A DNA stretch of 49,844 bases from Rikenellaceae bacterium (GTDB lineage Bacteria; Bacteroidota; Bacteroidia; Bacteroidales; Rikenellaceae), in contig JAIECQ010000152.1 in NCBI GenBank assembly GCA_029068395.1, positions 1 through 49,844 of the forward strand. The letters run 5' to 3'. Made by a program: the position numbers and the translations under genes. The notes below the pieces were generated by a model, which ran no database searches, was not told where the DNA came from, and was given only the letters and a program-made list of their open reading frames with translations. Below, piece after piece: positions 48,555-49,844 of the stretch. Each line of letters begins with the position of its first letter. The first letter of the stretch is position 1.

Positions 48555-48562
48555 CAAAGATA
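48555..48562 (-). promoter_or_regulatory. -7 promoter box TATCTTTG for lrgAB
   Basis: The reverse complement of caaagata matches, 38 nt upstream of the ATG at 48516. Confidence 0.45.
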
Positions 48563-48637
48563 AAAAGAAATAGATAAAAAACGATAAAAAATGACGGATA
48601 CTTACAGCCCAATACCACCCCGGTGATGCCATTGCAT

Positions 48638-48731
48638 TCACTGCCGGTGAGGCGGTCACTGCGGATATTGTCTTGCCTTCACTGCCGGGGATGGTTTGCG
48701 GTCACTGCCGGTATGTTTTGCTGGCACTGCC
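48638..48731. repeat. Array of five same-orientation TCACTGCCGG-type direct repeats at 18-23 bp spacing
   Basis: TCACTGCCGG at 48638, 48679 and 48702; TCACTGCGG at 48656; GCACTGCC at 48724. Confidence 0.75.
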
Positions 48732-48774
48732 TCCGGCGGCCCTTCCGGGGGAGGGGTCACGGACCCCGTTTTGA

Positions 48775-48782
48775 TATTTTTG
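48775..48782 (+). promoter_or_regulatory. Orphan -7 promoter box TATTTTTG with no downstream CDS
   Basis: Exact TAnnTTTG match. It is preceded by a small hairpin GGGGTC-ACG-GACCCC and followed 24 nt later by the long hairpin terminator. Confidence 0.35.
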
Positions 48783-48805
48783 AGGGCAAACTAAGCGGAT
48801 AAGTA

Positions 48806-48869
48806 CGAAAGATAGGAGTAAAGGTGTTTCGACTCGGGTCTCACACCTTTACACCTATCTTTCGTTTTT
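48806..48869 (+). terminator. Long hairpin (22-bp stem, one mismatch) plus T5: plus-strand intrinsic terminator with no upstream CDS
   Basis: CGAAAGATAGGAGTAAAGGTGT (48806-48827) / ACACCTTTACACCTATCTTTCG (48843-48864), 15-nt loop, TTTTT at 48865-48869. There is no T run in the minus-strand orientation. Confidence 0.6.
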
Positions 48870-49055
48870 GGCCCTTGGGCTGAGTGCCTGAATGATATTC
48901 AACAGGGGCAGGACTCTCGACGGAAAAGGGTGCGGGAGCAAAGCAGAAACATAACAGCAGGGCGGCAACCATAAGCAGCAGCGTAGCAAAGCATTACGGG
49001 CGGTACGGAAGCATAGCCGCACAGCCGCAACCACCGGCACAACGGAGAGCGGCAC

Positions 49056-49162
49056 GGAGCCTGCGGAGGGCACAGCATGAAAATGAAGAGCATCACTGCC
49101 GTCACTAATTCACTGTCATATATTGCTGTGCGGGGTTGCGGCCCTCCGTGGGGAGAGGCTCC
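49056..49162. repeat. GC-rich palindromic structured element, copy 1
   Basis: GGAGCCTGCGGAGGGC (49056-49071) pairs with GCCCTCCGTGGGGAGAGGCTCC (49141-49162). An inner helix CACAGC/GCTGTG is also possible. It is followed by hairpins at 49171-49192 and 49215-49232. Confidence 0.8.
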
Positions 49163-49311
49163 GGGCCGCTCGGGACTCGTTGCCTCGTCCCGGGCATAAG
49201 GAATTTTTGCTTACGGCATAGTTCGTTATGCCGGGCATGCAGCAAGCATAACATTAGCGCGGCAACCATAAGCAGCACAGCCGCAACCACCGGCACAGCG
49301 GAGAGCGGAAC

Positions 49312-49420
49312 GGAGCCTGCGGAGGGCACAGCGAGAAAGTCATGTGCATAATCACCGTTCCTAATTCACTGTCCTATATATTGCTGTGCGGGGTTGCGGC
49401 CCTCCGTGGGGAGAGGCTCC
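49312..49420. repeat. GC-rich palindromic structured element, copy 2
   Basis: Same arms as copy 1, at 49312-49327 and 49399-49420. It is followed by hairpins at 49429-49449 and 49473-49490. Confidence 0.8.
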
Positions 49421-49732
49421 GGGCCGCTCGGGCTTCGTTCCTCAGCCCGGACACAAAGAATTTTTTGCTTACGGCATACTTCGTTATGCCGGTGATAAGG
49501 AATAGTGTGCGGTTTCGTTGCACTAAAACCGCAGTGGTTGCTTTAATTGATTAGTTATTTACTGGTGTTCTCATTCCTTGTGCTTTCATTCCCTTGGTGG
49601 TTGTGGGCCGACCGCAGGTCGGCCTCATCGGCGTGGAGGTCGATGGCGTGATGATGGTATGGCGTGGTGAGTGACAAAGACGTGTGGCACCTTGGGTTGG
49701 CCGGTACGTGCCTTTAGCGTGGAGGAGCCACG

Positions 49733-49843
49733 GGCCGAGCCTGCGGAGGCAAGCGGGGAAGTGACGCGCATAACCGCCGTGACTTAGTCACTGTCTACAA
49801 TTGCGTGGCGGGGTTACGGGCCTCCGCGGGGGGAGGGTCGGCC
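49733..49843. repeat. GC-rich palindromic structured element, diverged copy 3 (abuts the window edge)
   Basis: GGCCGAGCCTGCGGAGGC (49733-49750) pairs with GCCTCCGCGGGGGGAGGGTCGGCC (49820-49843). The conserved loop half TCACTGTCTACAATTGCGTGGCGGGGTTACGG is retained. Confidence 0.7.
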
Positions 49844-49844
49844 C

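Larger units (their letters stand above)
48942..49492. repeat. Two tandem copies of a noncoding unit of about 260-300 bp
   Basis: Unit A is about 48942-49234 and unit B about 49241-49492. They are near-identical except for a 41-nt insertion in A (48981-49021), a segment of about 30 nt at roughly 63 percent identity (49078-49107 vs 49334-49363), and two compensated pairs in one hairpin. Confidence 0.85.

Noticed and set aside
48824-48883. A 19-codon ORF (GTG...TGA, MFRLGSHTFTPIFRFWPLG) preceded by AGGAG, inside the long hairpin.
   Set aside because: The ORF is made from the two arms of the hairpin itself. Bacteroidetes generally do not rely on Shine-Dalgarno sequences. It has a GTG start and no independent support. 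I mention it only as a remote type I toxin-like possibility.
48855-49329. Two small minus-strand ORFs (48855-49073, 72 aa; 49105-49329, 74 aa) that share the N-terminus MPSAGSVPLS.VPVVAAV. They could be paralogous small membrane proteins.
   Set aside because: The shared N-terminus exists only because both start inside the same DNA repeat. The starts are GTG codons lying within the long-range stem. The 41-nt insertion in unit A (not a multiple of 3) puts the homologous downstream DNA in different frames, giving LLMVAALML... versus CCLWLPPCC.... Each ORF then runs on through the structured hairpins of the neighbouring unit. Conservation is at the nucleotide and structure level, not the protein level.
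48638-49844. A CRISPR array, or a DGR template/variable repeat pair.
   Set aside because: There are no short (25-40 bp) repeats at constant spacing separated by unique spacers. The repeating units are about 260-300 bp and internally palindromic. Differences between units A and B are not adenine-specific (for example C to A and A to G both occur). No reverse transcriptase or cas gene is in the window.

Overview
This 49.8-kb window looks like chromosomal core DNA from a Bacteroidota (Bacteroidales-type) genome. The taxonomic call rests on the gene content: type III glutamine synthetase, a GldH-like lipoprotein, a FISUMP-domain protein, GH89 and GH2 glycosidases, and a recurring TAnnTTTG -7 promoter box 20-90 nt upstream of many starts. 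No similarity searches were run, so all product calls come from motifs I recognise in the supplied translations.

I call about 41 protein-coding genes at high density. Most are housekeeping: typA, aroB-nth (ATGA overlap), glyA plus an acyl-ACP thioesterase, a UbiA prenyltransferase, tex, rnr, gcvH, mdh, ssb, PSP1/RicT plus a gldH-like gene, trmB, rarA, kdsA, tpx, purD, purF, GSIII and lrgAB. Other loci are a minus-strand metal-homeostasis operon (CPC-type P1B ATPase, Fur-family regulator, CopA, HMA protein), an uncharacterised lipoprotein plus outer-membrane beta-barrel pair, a divergent HxlR / radical-SAM pair, and a GH2 gene remnant beside a visibly AT-richer P-loop kinase gene. I found no rRNA, tRNA, CRISPR array, transposase or integrase.

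The stretch that ordinary annotation does not explain is the last 1.3 kb (48517-49844), which has no credible ORF. It contains:
- Five phased TCACTGCCGG direct repeats upstream of lrgAB.
- An orphan -7 box followed by a 22-bp-stem terminator, which is a candidate small RNA of about 80 nt.
- Three copies of a GC-rich palindromic element of about 108 bp, two of them inside a tandem unit of about 260-300 bp. The copies show compensatory base-pair changes and a localised hypervariable segment inside an otherwise near-identical scaffold.

I cannot assign this element to a known RNA or repeat family by eye. It is the best candidate for something undescribed, and it is cut by the window edge.
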